Positions 56,579 to 64,000 of a stretch of 64,000 nucleotides of DNA are shown here, piece by piece; position 1 is the first letter of the stretch, and the number at the start of each line of letters is the position of its first letter. Under the pieces are notes generated by a model. The model was not told the DNA's origin and did not search any database. It was given only the letters and a program-made list of their open reading frames with translations. The translations under genes and the position numbers were made by a program. Source of the stretch: Candidatus Aminicenantes bacterium (GTDB lineage: Bacteria > Acidobacteriota > Aminicenantia > Aminicenantales > Aminicenantaceae); contig DQWD01000185.1 of the NCBI GenBank assembly GCA_011042725.1, forward strand, positions 24,832 to 88,831. Reading direction: 5' to 3'.

Positions 56579-58591
56579 GTGGGGATCACTAAGCACGAAG
56601 CAACCAAGAGGATCGACAAACTCCGTCAACAAATCCGCTATCATGAAAAAAAATACTATGTCGACAACGATCCTCAAATTTCCGACTACGAATTCGATAA
56701 TCTCGTTAAGGAACTCGAAAAACTAGAAAGCCAATTCCCTGAACTTATAACTCCTGATTCTCCCACCCAGCGAGTTGGGGAGCAGCCGGTAGAAAGCTTC
56801 CCTTCAGTCGAACATTCTATTCCGATGCTGAGCTTGGACAATTGTTATAGCCAAGAAGAATTTATCGAATTTGTCCAGAGAATCGACAAACTCTTACCTG
56901 GCGAAAAATTGGAATTTGTGGCCGAGTTAAAAATAGATGGCTTGGGTATCGCCATTATCTACCGCAACGGTCATTTTAACCAGGCCATCACCAGAGGAGA
57001 TGGGTTCCGGGGAGATGATGTCTCGGCCAATGTTAAAACTATCCGGAGTTTACCTCTAGCCATCTCCTTAAAAGAGGAAGTGGAAGTCCGAGGCGAAATT
57101 TATCTTCCCTTCGCCTCCTTTGAAAAAATCAATCAAGAGCGAGAAAAAAAAGGAGAATCTCTTTTTGCTAATCCACGCAATGCTGCGGCCGGAACAATTC
57201 GTCTTCTTGATCCTCGCGAAGTTGCTCAACGCCAACTCGATGTTTATCTCTACTATATTTTTGTCAACGGCCAGCAACAGCCCAGCCAATGGGAAAACCT
57301 TCAACTACTAAAAAAATTGGGCTTTAAGATCAATCCTCATGTTCGCCTCTGCCGGAGCGTCGAGGAAGTCCTCACTTATTATGACTACTGGAAACAGCAC
57401 CGGGATGATCTCGATTTTGATGTGGATGGGATTGTCATCAAGATTAATTCTACTGATCAACAACAAAGGTTAGGATTTACCGCCAAATTCCCCCGCTGGG
57501 CCATCGCCTATAAATTCCCTGCTCGCCAGGCCACCACTCGCCTTATTGACATTAAGATTCAAGTTGGTCGCACCGGAGCATTAACTCCCGTGGCCATTCT
57601 TCAACCTGTCCAGCTTTCGGGAATCACTATCACTCGCTCTACTCTCCACAACGAAGAAGAGTTGCGCCGCAAAGACATTCGCCTGGGAGATTATGTTTTA
57701 ATTGAACGTAGCGGCGATGTCATCCCCAAAGTAGTGGCCGTAATGAAGGAGCGCCGGACAGGCCAGGAAAAACCATTTGTCTTTCCTCCCCGGTGTCCCA
57801 TATGCCAGACCCCAGTTTTTAAGCCTAAAGGGGAAGTCATCTCCCGCTGCATTAATCCCTCCTGTCCAGCACGCCTTAGGGAAGCAATCCTCCATTTTGC
57901 TTCGCGCCGAGCAATGAATATCGAAGGCTTAGGTGAGGCTTTAGTCGATCAATTAATGGCCAAGAAGCTCATTAAAGGTATCCCCGACCTATTCCATCTG
58001 CAACAAGAGCAACTGGAGAAATTGGAAAGAATGGGACCTAAAAGTGCCCAAAATCTCCTCAACCAAATCGATGCGGCCAAAAAGAGAAACTTCCATCGTT
58101 TGCTTTACGCTCTGGGCATTCGATACGTGGGCGAAAAGACAGCCCAAATCCTCGCCACCCATTTCCGCAGCCTAGATAAATTAGCCCAAGCTTCCTACAA
58201 GGAACTAGTCGAGCTCCCTGATATTGGTCCTAAGGTGGCTGAAAGCATTATTTTTTTCTTCCGCCAAAAGCAAAACCAAGAACTCCTCCAGCGACTAAAA
58301 GAGGCCGGGTTGAAAACTGAAGAAGAGAAAGAAACCGGCGAAGCACCCAGCCAGGGGCGTTTTGCCGGGATGACCTTTGTTCTAACCGGCGAGTTAAATC
58401 GATTTACTCGCGACGAAGCTCGAAAAATCATTGAAAACCTGGGAGGAAAAGTCACTTCTTCGGTGAGTCGTAAAACTACAGTGGTGATTGTCGGGCAGAA
58501 TCCTGGCTCTAAATTACAACGGGCCCAAGAGCTTAACATCCCTATTTGGACAGAAGAAAAGTTTCTTCATCAGGCTGGCCTCACGGCTTAA
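56579..58591 (+). CDS. ligA: NAD-dependent DNA ligase
   Basis: The adenylation motif KxDG is present (..VAELKIDGLGIAIIY..). Also a Cys4 zinc finger (..CPICQTP...CINPSCPA..), HhH motifs and a C-terminal BRCT domain (..GMTFVLTGEL..). Confidence 0.92.
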   Translation: MGITKHEATKRIDKLRQQIRYHEKKYYVDNDPQISDYEFDNLVKELEKLESQFPELITPDSPTQRVGEQPVESFPSVEHSIPMLSLDNCYSQEEFIEFVQRIDKLLPGEKLEFVAELKIDGLGIAIIYRNGHFNQAITRGDGFRGDDVSANVKTIRSLPLAISLKEEVEVRGEIYLPFASFEKINQEREKKGESLFANPRNAAAGTIRLLDPREVAQRQLDVYLYYIFVNGQQQPSQWENLQLLKKLGFKINPHVRLCRSVEEVLTYYDYWKQHRDDLDFDVDGIVIKINSTDQQQRLGFTAKFPRWAIAYKFPARQATTRLIDIKIQVGRTGALTPVAILQPVQLSGITITRSTLHNEEELRRKDIRLGDYVLIERSGDVIPKVVAVMKERRTGQEKPFVFPPRCPICQTPVFKPKGEVISRCINPSCPARLREAILHFASRRAMNIEGLGEALVDQLMAKKLIKGIPDLFHLQQEQLEKLERMGPKSAQNLLNQIDAAKKRNFHRLLYALGIRYVGEKTAQILATHFRSLDKLAQASYKELVELPDIGPKVAESIIFFFRQKQNQELLQRLKEAGLKTEEEKETGEAPSQGRFAGMTFVLTGELNRFTRDEARKIIENLGGKVTSSVSRKTTVVIVGQNPGSKLQRAQELNIPIWTEEKFLHQAGLTA

Positions 58592-58604
58592 ATAATGGTT
58601 TCTT

Positions 58605-60044
58605 CTAATCCTTCTTCTTGGAAAATAAATCCATAGTAACTAAATCTTTCCATGTTTTCTTTTTCTTAGCCAAGCCTTCCAATTCTTCCCACTCCTTTTT
58701 GGCTACTTTGTGTTCAGGATCTAAGGCCAAGGCTTTGTGAAATTGTTTCTTGGCCCGAATGTGGAGGCCTTCTGTTTTATAGAGAAGCCCAAGGGCAACA
58801 TAAATTTCGGGATTCCAGGGCTCAAGCTTGATGGCCTTGATAAAGTTGGCCTCGGCTTCTTTGGCATAATGAGGCAGCTTGGCTAAGGTCATCCCCGTAA
58901 GGAGAAAATACTTGGCCTTGTTTTTTATCAACCGGGTAGCTTCTCGCAAAAGAGCATAGGCTTCTTCATAACGAGCTTGATTGTAGAGGGTTTTGGCTTG
59001 GCGAAATTTAACTTCGGCTCGTCGTTCAACTTCTTTGCCATCCAAGTATTCCGGTGATTCCAGTTTCTGATCATATTCTTCCTTTTTGGCTGGATCAGAT
59101 AAGGTTCGAAAAGCCTTGGTAATGACATCAAAAACATCGGCAATTTTTTGCCTTATATCCTTTGGTAAATTTCGCGGATAAAGATCAGGGTGAAATTTAC
59201 GCGCCAATCGAAAATAGGCTTTTTTCAATTCCTGGAGGTTCGAGGAAGAAGAAACATTTAGAATCTGGTAATAATTTAATCCTTCTAAATTTTGATGAAA
59301 ACGGATAACTTCCTCAAGATCCTCATCCAGTTTCCTTTCCATCTCGTTGGGACGAGCAGATTTCTCTTGGGGCTCCGGCTTAGTCTCGGCCACTTCAATA
59401 AGACCTAAACAATAAATGAGGTACAAACTTCTCCAAAATTCCTCCTCGGAAAATGAAGATAATTGTCTGAGCTTTTCCAAGGTATGCCCTTCTTCAATAC
59501 CATTAAGAAGGGTTTTCTCTTCATCATTTAAGCGAAAATAAAATTCTCGATTATGAGGAACTAATCTTTTCGCCTGAAAAAATTCTCGAATAGCCGGATT
59601 AAATTTTAACCGACGAATTCCATCCTCAATCAAATCGGCCAAATTGATCTTAATCTCGAAATCCTCTAAGCCGGATTCTTTTTCTTCTTGAAATTTGAAT
59701 TGGCCGTTAAATAAAGGGAAAAGGTTGAGCACGATTTCTCTCATTTGAGTCTCCAAAGCCAAGGTTAACTCTTCAGGCGTGATAATTTTTTTCTGGATGA
59801 GAATCGCCCCTATGTACTTTCGCGGAGAGATAACCTCATCCAATCGCTCAAATTCCTCATCGGTCAGCTTGCCCATCCGGTAAAGGACCTGGCCCAGGAG
59901 CTCTTTAGGCTGATTTGTTTTGGCAAAAGCTAAGTAACCTTCCCGGAAAAATAGAAATTTATAGATCTCACCGCCCCGGTAGATGAGGCGACCACTTTTT
60001 TGTTGGAAATAAATATTTCGCAGATAAATAGCTATATGTTCCAT
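58605..60044 (-). CDS. DUF4388 (PATAN-like) N-domain, J-domain and TPR C-terminal fusion protein
   Basis: The N-terminus ..KSGRLIYRGGEIYKFLFFREGYLAFAKTNQPKELLGQVLYRMGKLTDEEF.. matches the DUF4388 pattern. The central ..NYYQILNVSSSSNLQELKKAYFRLARKFHPDLYP.. is a DnaJ J-domain with an HPD motif. The C-terminus carries TPR units (..AKTLYNQARYEEAYALLREATRL.., ..IYVALGLLYKTEGLHIRAKKQFHKALALDPEH..). Confidence 0.6.
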   Translation of the reverse strand: MEHIAIYLRNIYFQQKSGRLIYRGGEIYKFLFFREGYLAFAKTNQPKELLGQVLYRMGKLTDEEFERLDEVISPRKYIGAILIQKKIITPEELTLALETQMREIVLNLFPLFNGQFKFQEEKESGLEDFEIKINLADLIEDGIRRLKFNPAIREFFQAKRLVPHNREFYFRLNDEEKTLLNGIEEGHTLEKLRQLSSFSEEEFWRSLYLIYCLGLIEVAETKPEPQEKSARPNEMERKLDEDLEEVIRFHQNLEGLNYYQILNVSSSSNLQELKKAYFRLARKFHPDLYPRNLPKDIRQKIADVFDVITKAFRTLSDPAKKEEYDQKLESPEYLDGKEVERRAEVKFRQAKTLYNQARYEEAYALLREATRLIKNKAKYFLLTGMTLAKLPHYAKEAEANFIKAIKLEPWNPEIYVALGLLYKTEGLHIRAKKQFHKALALDPEHKVAKKEWEELEGLAKKKKTWKDLVTMDLFSKKKD

Positions 60045-60366
60045 TTTACTTCCAATAATTCCTTCTTTGGCCCAAGAAATTGTTCCCGTTATCGGTTAAT
60101 ATATATTACATCTGGCCTTGATTTGCAATCTGATTATAAAAAAAATAGGCGACCGCTCAAATTTATAATTTTGAGGCTTTGTCCCCAAGTGATAATGCCT
60201 TATCTCTTTAATCATGCCCAAGACGAGAACTATCTTCCACGGTAACCAGCTAAAAACAGCAGTTTTTCTCCAAACCAACCACCTTCCAATTTTCATTAAT
60301 TCCTGAGGGACAACAAGCATGATGAATAAATTTGCCAAGAGGGGCTAATTATGTTATTTGAATATT

Positions 60367-61212
60367 ATGATTAAAGTCGCTTTAGCCCAGATTAAACCCT
60401 TCTTAGGCGAGGTAAATAAAAATCTTGATTTACATCTTGACCTAATCGAGCAAGCCCACCAAAATAAAGTCAATATTCTCCTTTTCCCTGAGCTAAGTTT
60501 AACTGGCTACCTCCTGCGAGACTTAGTTCCAGAGGTCGCCCTTCACCCCTCTCAAAGCCCAATTTTTCAACGCTTACTAAAAGCTTGTCAAGATTTAATC
60601 ATTATTCTTGGCTTTGTGGAAGAGAAAGAACCTGGGCTATATTTCAACTCGGTTGCCTGCTTGGGTCGGGGGCAAATTTTCCATATTCACCGCAAGGTGT
60701 ACTTGCCGAACTATGGAATGTTTGAAGAAGGCAAATTTTTCACTCCCGGGCGAGCGATAACCAGCTTTGACTTTCCCTATGGCCGGGCCGGGCTGCTTAT
60801 CTGCTACGACTTTCTCCACTATGGAACCAGCTATGCTTTATTTAGTGGAGGAGCTGATTACATTTTTGTTCTTAGTGCGGCCCCAGGTCGCGGCTTTCAA
60901 GAAAGTCCTGGCTTTGCTAGCCAACGGATGTGGGAATTAATGGGAGAAACTATTTCCTTCTTTTCCTCAGTGTTTGTGTTCTACTGTAATCGAGTAGGGT
61001 TCGAAGACGGCAAAGGATTTGCGGGCGGATCTTTTATTTATAACCCCTTCGGCCAATTAATAGCTCAAGCTCCTCCCCTTGACAAAGATATGCTCATCAC
61101 CGACATCGATCCAGGCGATCTCCAAGCGGCTCGACAAAAACGTTTTTACCGACGAGATAATCGACCAGAGATTATCTGGCGTTCATTGGAAAAAATAATC
61201 AGAAATGACTAA
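60367..61212 (+). CDS. Carbon-nitrogen hydrolase (nitrilase superfamily); probable glutaminase subunit paired with the downstream NAD synthetase
   Basis: MIKVALAQIKP.. (start trimmed from an upstream TTG). Catalytic triad contexts are present: ..LLFPELSLTGY.. (Glu), ..RKVYLPNYGMF.. (Lys), ..AGLLICYDFLH.. (Cys). The stop overlaps the nadE ATG (ATGACTAA). Confidence 0.8.
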   Translation: MIKVALAQIKPFLGEVNKNLDLHLDLIEQAHQNKVNILLFPELSLTGYLLRDLVPEVALHPSQSPIFQRLLKACQDLIIILGFVEEKEPGLYFNSVACLGRGQIFHIHRKVYLPNYGMFEEGKFFTPGRAITSFDFPYGRAGLLICYDFLHYGTSYALFSGGADYIFVLSAAPGRGFQESPGFASQRMWELMGETISFFSSVFVFYCNRVGFEDGKGFAGGSFIYNPFGQLIAQAPPLDKDMLITDIDPGDLQAARQKRFYRRDNRPEIIWRSLEKIIRND

Positions 61213-62020
61213 GATCAACCTTGAATTTGTGACTCATTTCTTGACAAGCTTTATTCGTCAAGAATATTCAAAACTTGGTTTCCAGAGGGCAATTATCGGG
61301 CTGTCAGGAGGACTAGACAGCTCAGTAGCTGCCCATTTGGCTGCTCGGGCACTTTCTCCGGCTAATGTTATCGGTCTAATCATGCCTTACCGAACCACCC
61401 CGCCTCAAGACCTGGAAGACGCCCGGGAAGTGGCTGAACGTTTGCAACTCAGAACACAGACCATCGATATCACGCCGATGATTGAGGCCTACTTCCAATC
61501 CCAGCCGACGGATAATAACATCCAAAGAGGAAATAAAATGGCGCGAGAGCGAATGGCCATTCTCTACGATTTTTCCGCTCGTTACCAAGCCCTTATTCTG
61601 GGCACCAGCAATAAAACCGAACTTCTCCTCGGCTACTGTACAATTCACGGGGACATGGCCTCGGCCATCAATCCCCTGGGAGATTTATACAAAACTCAGG
61701 TTCGACTCATGGCTCGCCATCTTGGTGTCCCCGCCCGAATTATCCACAAAATCCCCTCGGCTGGCTTCTGGCCAGGGCAGACAGATGAAGCTGAACTCGG
61801 GATGAGCTATGAAGAAATCGACCAAATTCTCTACCACCTGGTTGATAAAAGAAAATCAAAACAACAACTCCTATCTCTCGGATTTCCCGAGGAAAAAATC
61901 GGACGGATTATTAGCCTTATCAAAGCCAGCGAATTCAAGAGAAAACCACCCCTTATCCCTAAACTTTCCGAAAGAACGGTGACCCACGATTTTCTTTATC
62001 CCTATGATTGGGATAAATAA
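61205..62020 (+). CDS. nadE: NAD+ synthetase, synthetase domain only
   Basis: PP-loop ..IIGLSGGLDSSVAAHLAA..; ..ILGTSNKTELLLGYCTIHGDMASAINPLGDLYKTQV.. are NadE signatures. 271 aa, so the N-terminal nitrilase domain of glutamine-dependent enzymes is absent. Confidence 0.88.
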   Translation: MTKINLEFVTHFLTSFIRQEYSKLGFQRAIIGLSGGLDSSVAAHLAARALSPANVIGLIMPYRTTPPQDLEDAREVAERLQLRTQTIDITPMIEAYFQSQPTDNNIQRGNKMARERMAILYDFSARYQALILGTSNKTELLLGYCTIHGDMASAINPLGDLYKTQVRLMARHLGVPARIIHKIPSAGFWPGQTDEAELGMSYEEIDQILYHLVDKRKSKQQLLSLGFPEEKIGRIISLIKASEFKRKPPLIPKLSERTVTHDFLYPYDWDK

Positions 62021-62720
62021 AATGGGCGGCTCACCCTCTCCTCACGAAGGACAGCTCTTCATCGTCGCTACTCCCATTGGAAACCTAGAAGACATATCCC
62101 TGCGGGCTCTTCAAGTCCTCCGGGAGGTAGATATCATTGCCTGTGAAGACACGCGGCGCACCCGCAAATTGCTTGCTCATTTTCAAATTAAAAAGCCGTT
62201 GATCAGTTATTTTCACCCCCGGGAAAAAGAAAAAATCCCTCTTCTGGTCAGGAAATTGAAACAAGGGCAGAAGGTGGCCCTTGTCTCTGATGCGGGAACG
62301 CCAGGGTTGTCCGATCCTGGTTTCTTGCTTCTCCAAGCTGCCCTAGAAGAAAACATTCAAATTATTCCTATTCCTGGCCCTTCGGCCATCACCACCGCTT
62401 TAATGGCTTCGGGTTTACCAACCCACCGTTTTCTATTTGTAGGTTTTCCCCCTCCCAAAAAAAAGGCAATCGAGCGGCTTCTTGAATCGCTCCAGAAAGA
62501 AAAGGGAACCCTGGTTTTCTTTCTTCCTGCTCGAAAACTAGCTCAATTTATAAATCTCGTTGCGGAAACTTTAGGAGACAGGCAGATGGTTATTGCCCGA
62601 GAGATGACCAAAGTCCATGAAGAATTCATCCGGGGCAAAGCAAAAGAGATAATAGCGCGATTAGAAGAGATATCATCTAAGGGGGAAGTAACTATTCTAA
62701 TTCGCGGCCAAAAAAAGTAA
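62004..62720 (+). CDS. rsmI: 16S rRNA (cytidine1402-2'-O)-methyltransferase RsmI
   Basis: ..QLFIVATPIGNLEDISLRALQVLREVDIIACEDTRRTRKLL.. is the RsmI (tetrapyrrole-methylase-fold) signature. The true start may be the second Met at 62022, just after the nadE stop. Confidence 0.85.
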   Translation: MIGINKMGGSPSPHEGQLFIVATPIGNLEDISLRALQVLREVDIIACEDTRRTRKLLAHFQIKKPLISYFHPREKEKIPLLVRKLKQGQKVALVSDAGTPGLSDPGFLLLQAALEENIQIIPIPGPSAITTALMASGLPTHRFLFVGFPPPKKKAIERLLESLQKEKGTLVFFLPARKLAQFINLVAETLGDRQMVIAREMTKVHEEFIRGKAKEIIARLEEISSKGEVTILIRGQKK

Positions 62721-62738
62721 AAATTTTTTTATCAATAC

Positions 62739-62767
62739 TTGACAATTGATGACTAAGATATTATATT
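62739..62767 (+). promoter_or_regulatory. Candidate sigma70-type promoter for hsp20: TTGACA, 17-bp spacer, TATATT
   Basis: TTGACAATTGATGACTAAGATAT-TATATT read directly. The GGAGGTG ribosome-binding site and the ATG at 62806 follow. Confidence 0.5.
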
Positions 62768-62768
62768 A

Positions 62769-62780
62769 TTAGTGCACTAA
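62769..62780. promoter_or_regulatory. Perfect 12-bp palindrome TTAGTGCACTAA immediately downstream of the hsp20 -10 box; candidate repressor operator
   Basis: Seen directly; the sequence equals its own reverse complement. It begins 2 nt after the -10 hexamer, a position typical of repressor operators on heat-shock genes. Confidence 0.4.
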
Positions 62781-62805
62781 GAAATATTGATATGGAGGTG
62801 ATAAA

Positions 62806-63276
62806 ATGAGCATTATCAGATGGGATCCTTTTCGAGATATGATTACTTTACGGGAAAGAATGAATCGGCTTTTTGAGGATTTCTTTGCCTCCCGAGGTGA
62901 AGAGCAGGATCTCCTTTCTGGTGCCTGGAGCCCTTCGGTAGATATTTATGAAACTGAACATGATGTGGTGCTCACGGCTGAGCTGCCCGGAATGAGCGAG
63001 AAAGATATTGAGATCAAGGTGGAAGATAATACCCTCACCATCGGCGGAGAACGACGGCTAGAAAAAGAAATCAAAGAAGAAAACTTCCATCGAATTGAAC
63101 GAGCTTACGGCTCCTTCTGCCGTTCCTTTACTCTCCCCAACTATGTTGATCAAGACAAGATCAAAGCTGAATACGACAATGGACTCTTAAAAATAACCAT
63201 GCCCAAAAAGCCCGAAATGAAACCTCGGAAGGTCAAGGTCCTCAAAGCCACTAAAAAAGAAGCCGGCAAGAAATAA
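62806..63276 (+). CDS. Hsp20 / alpha-crystallin family small heat-shock protein
   Basis: 156 aa. Alpha-crystallin domain (..PSVDIYETEHDVVLTAELPGMSEKDIEIKVEDNTLTIGGER..FHRIERAYGSFCRSFTLP..DQDKIKAEYDNGLLKITMPK). Confidence 0.9.
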   Translation: MSIIRWDPFRDMITLRERMNRLFEDFFASRGEEQDLLSGAWSPSVDIYETEHDVVLTAELPGMSEKDIEIKVEDNTLTIGGERRLEKEIKEENFHRIERAYGSFCRSFTLPNYVDQDKIKAEYDNGLLKITMPKKPEMKPRKVKVLKATKKEAGKK

Positions 63277-63297
63277 CTCCCGTCTTTCAAGCTAGTA

Positions 63298-63330
63298 CCC
63301 TCCCTTTGCTCCCAAAGGGAGGGTTTTTTT
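63298..63330 (+). terminator. Rho-independent terminator after hsp20
   Basis: CCCTCCCTTTG-ctcc-CAAAGGGAGGG hairpin followed by TTTTTTT. Confidence 0.65.
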
Positions 63331-63396
63331 ATATCATTTGGAGGCAGGATAACGAGAGGAATAGAATAACCTCTGTCTAATCCCGAAAAGAGAATT

Positions 63397-64000
63397 TTAA
63401 GCGCGCGCTATGGTTAGGGCTCTTACTTCCTTGGCTCCCGCTTGGCTAAGCATCCTGGAACACTCATTGAGCGTAGCCCCCGTGGTATAAATATCATCAA
63501 CGAGGCCGATAACTTTATCTTTAACCTTATCCGGAGACCTGACTTTAAAGGAATTTCTGACATTCTCCCGCCGCGCTTTCTCAGCCAACGAACTCTGGGG
63601 AGGAACGTTGACTACTTTTTGAAGAACGCGGGAGTCATCCTCAAGGCTCAACTCTCGGCCAATGATCTTAGCCAAAAGTTGAGCTTGGTTATAGCCCCTT
63701 TGTTTGGTCCGGCGAGGATGAAGCGGAATTGGTAATAACAACTCTAACCCCTCCCACAAGCTCGCTTCCTCCTTCAATCTTCTTATCGCCATCCCGGCTA
63801 AGGGTTTAGCTAAATAACTGTAACCCCTGAATTTAAAAAGAAGAATAATTTCTCTTAGAACCCCTTCATAGGGAAAAGCCGAACGATGAAGGTTAAAATA
63901 AGGTGGGTGCTGCTGACAATCCAGGCAAAGATGCTCTGCTTTCTCTTGCTCATAAAAACGGCCACAGCGAGCACAACGTCCACGGGGAGGAAGAATAATT
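63397..64000 (-). CDS. ComF-family protein (phosphoribosyltransferase domain plus upstream zinc-finger region). Partial: the N-terminus lies beyond the window end.
   Basis: The C-terminal PRTase motif is ..VIGLVDDIYTTGATLNECS... The reading frame stays open upstream of the annotated Met through ..CARCGRFYEQEKAEHLCLDCQQHPPYF.. (ComFC-type Cys4 finger) to position 64000. Confidence 0.7.
   Translation of the reverse strand, partial: IILPPRGRCARCGRFYEQEKAEHLCLDCQQHPPYFNLHRSAFPYEGVLREIILLFKFRGYSYLAKPLAGMAIRRLKEEASLWEGLELLLPIPLHPRRTKQRGYNQAQLLAKIIGRELSLEDDSRVLQKVVNVPPQSSLAEKARRENVRNSFKVRSPDKVKDKVIGLVDDIYTTGATLNECSRMLSQAGAKEVRALTIARA

Noticed and set aside
62769-62780. TTAGTGCACTAA palindrome considered as a CIRCE (HrcA) element
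   Set aside because: CIRCE is TTAGCACTC-N9-GAGTGCTAA. This palindrome has no 9-nt spacer and a different half-site, so it is reported as a candidate novel operator, not annotated as CIRCE.
1-64000. CRISPR arrays, IS elements, prophage and defence islands
   Set aside because: No regularly spaced direct repeats, transposase, phage structural genes, restriction-modification genes, toxin-antitoxin pairs or Cas genes were found on either strand. The window reads as core chromosome.

Overview
A 64 kb bacterial chromosomal segment, moderately AT-rich, that reads as core genome from an uncultivated, Gram-negative-type lineage. All calls rest on sequence inspection and motif recall; no database search, HMM or RNA-folding run was possible. 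Supported content includes a conserved frr-pyrH-tsf-rpsB block, rpsI-rplM, der, an RND efflux operon with TetR, murA and murB, ligA, a split two-gene NAD synthetase, a eukaryotic-type citrate synthase and a small heat-shock gene. Three RNA genes sit on the minus strand: tRNA-Leu(CAG), tmRNA (ssrA) and tRNA-Asp(GTC). No CRISPR array, insertion sequence, prophage or defence island was found. The main candidate for an undescribed system is the first 7 kb: a B12-binding radical SAM gene followed by two GWxTD-domain lipoprotein paralogs and TPR lipoproteins. Other second-look items are a stand-alone eRF1-like (baeRF) gene after tRNA-Leu, a DUF4388-J-domain-TPR fusion, a large putative outer-membrane beta-barrel gene bracketed by tmRNA and tRNA-Asp, and several candidate operator motifs: a perfect 12-bp palindrome at the hsp20 promoter, duplicated CACGTG boxes between murB and a TPR gene, and direct repeats at the tetR promoter. 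Coordinates for RNA genes and DNA motifs were counted by hand and may be off by a few bases.
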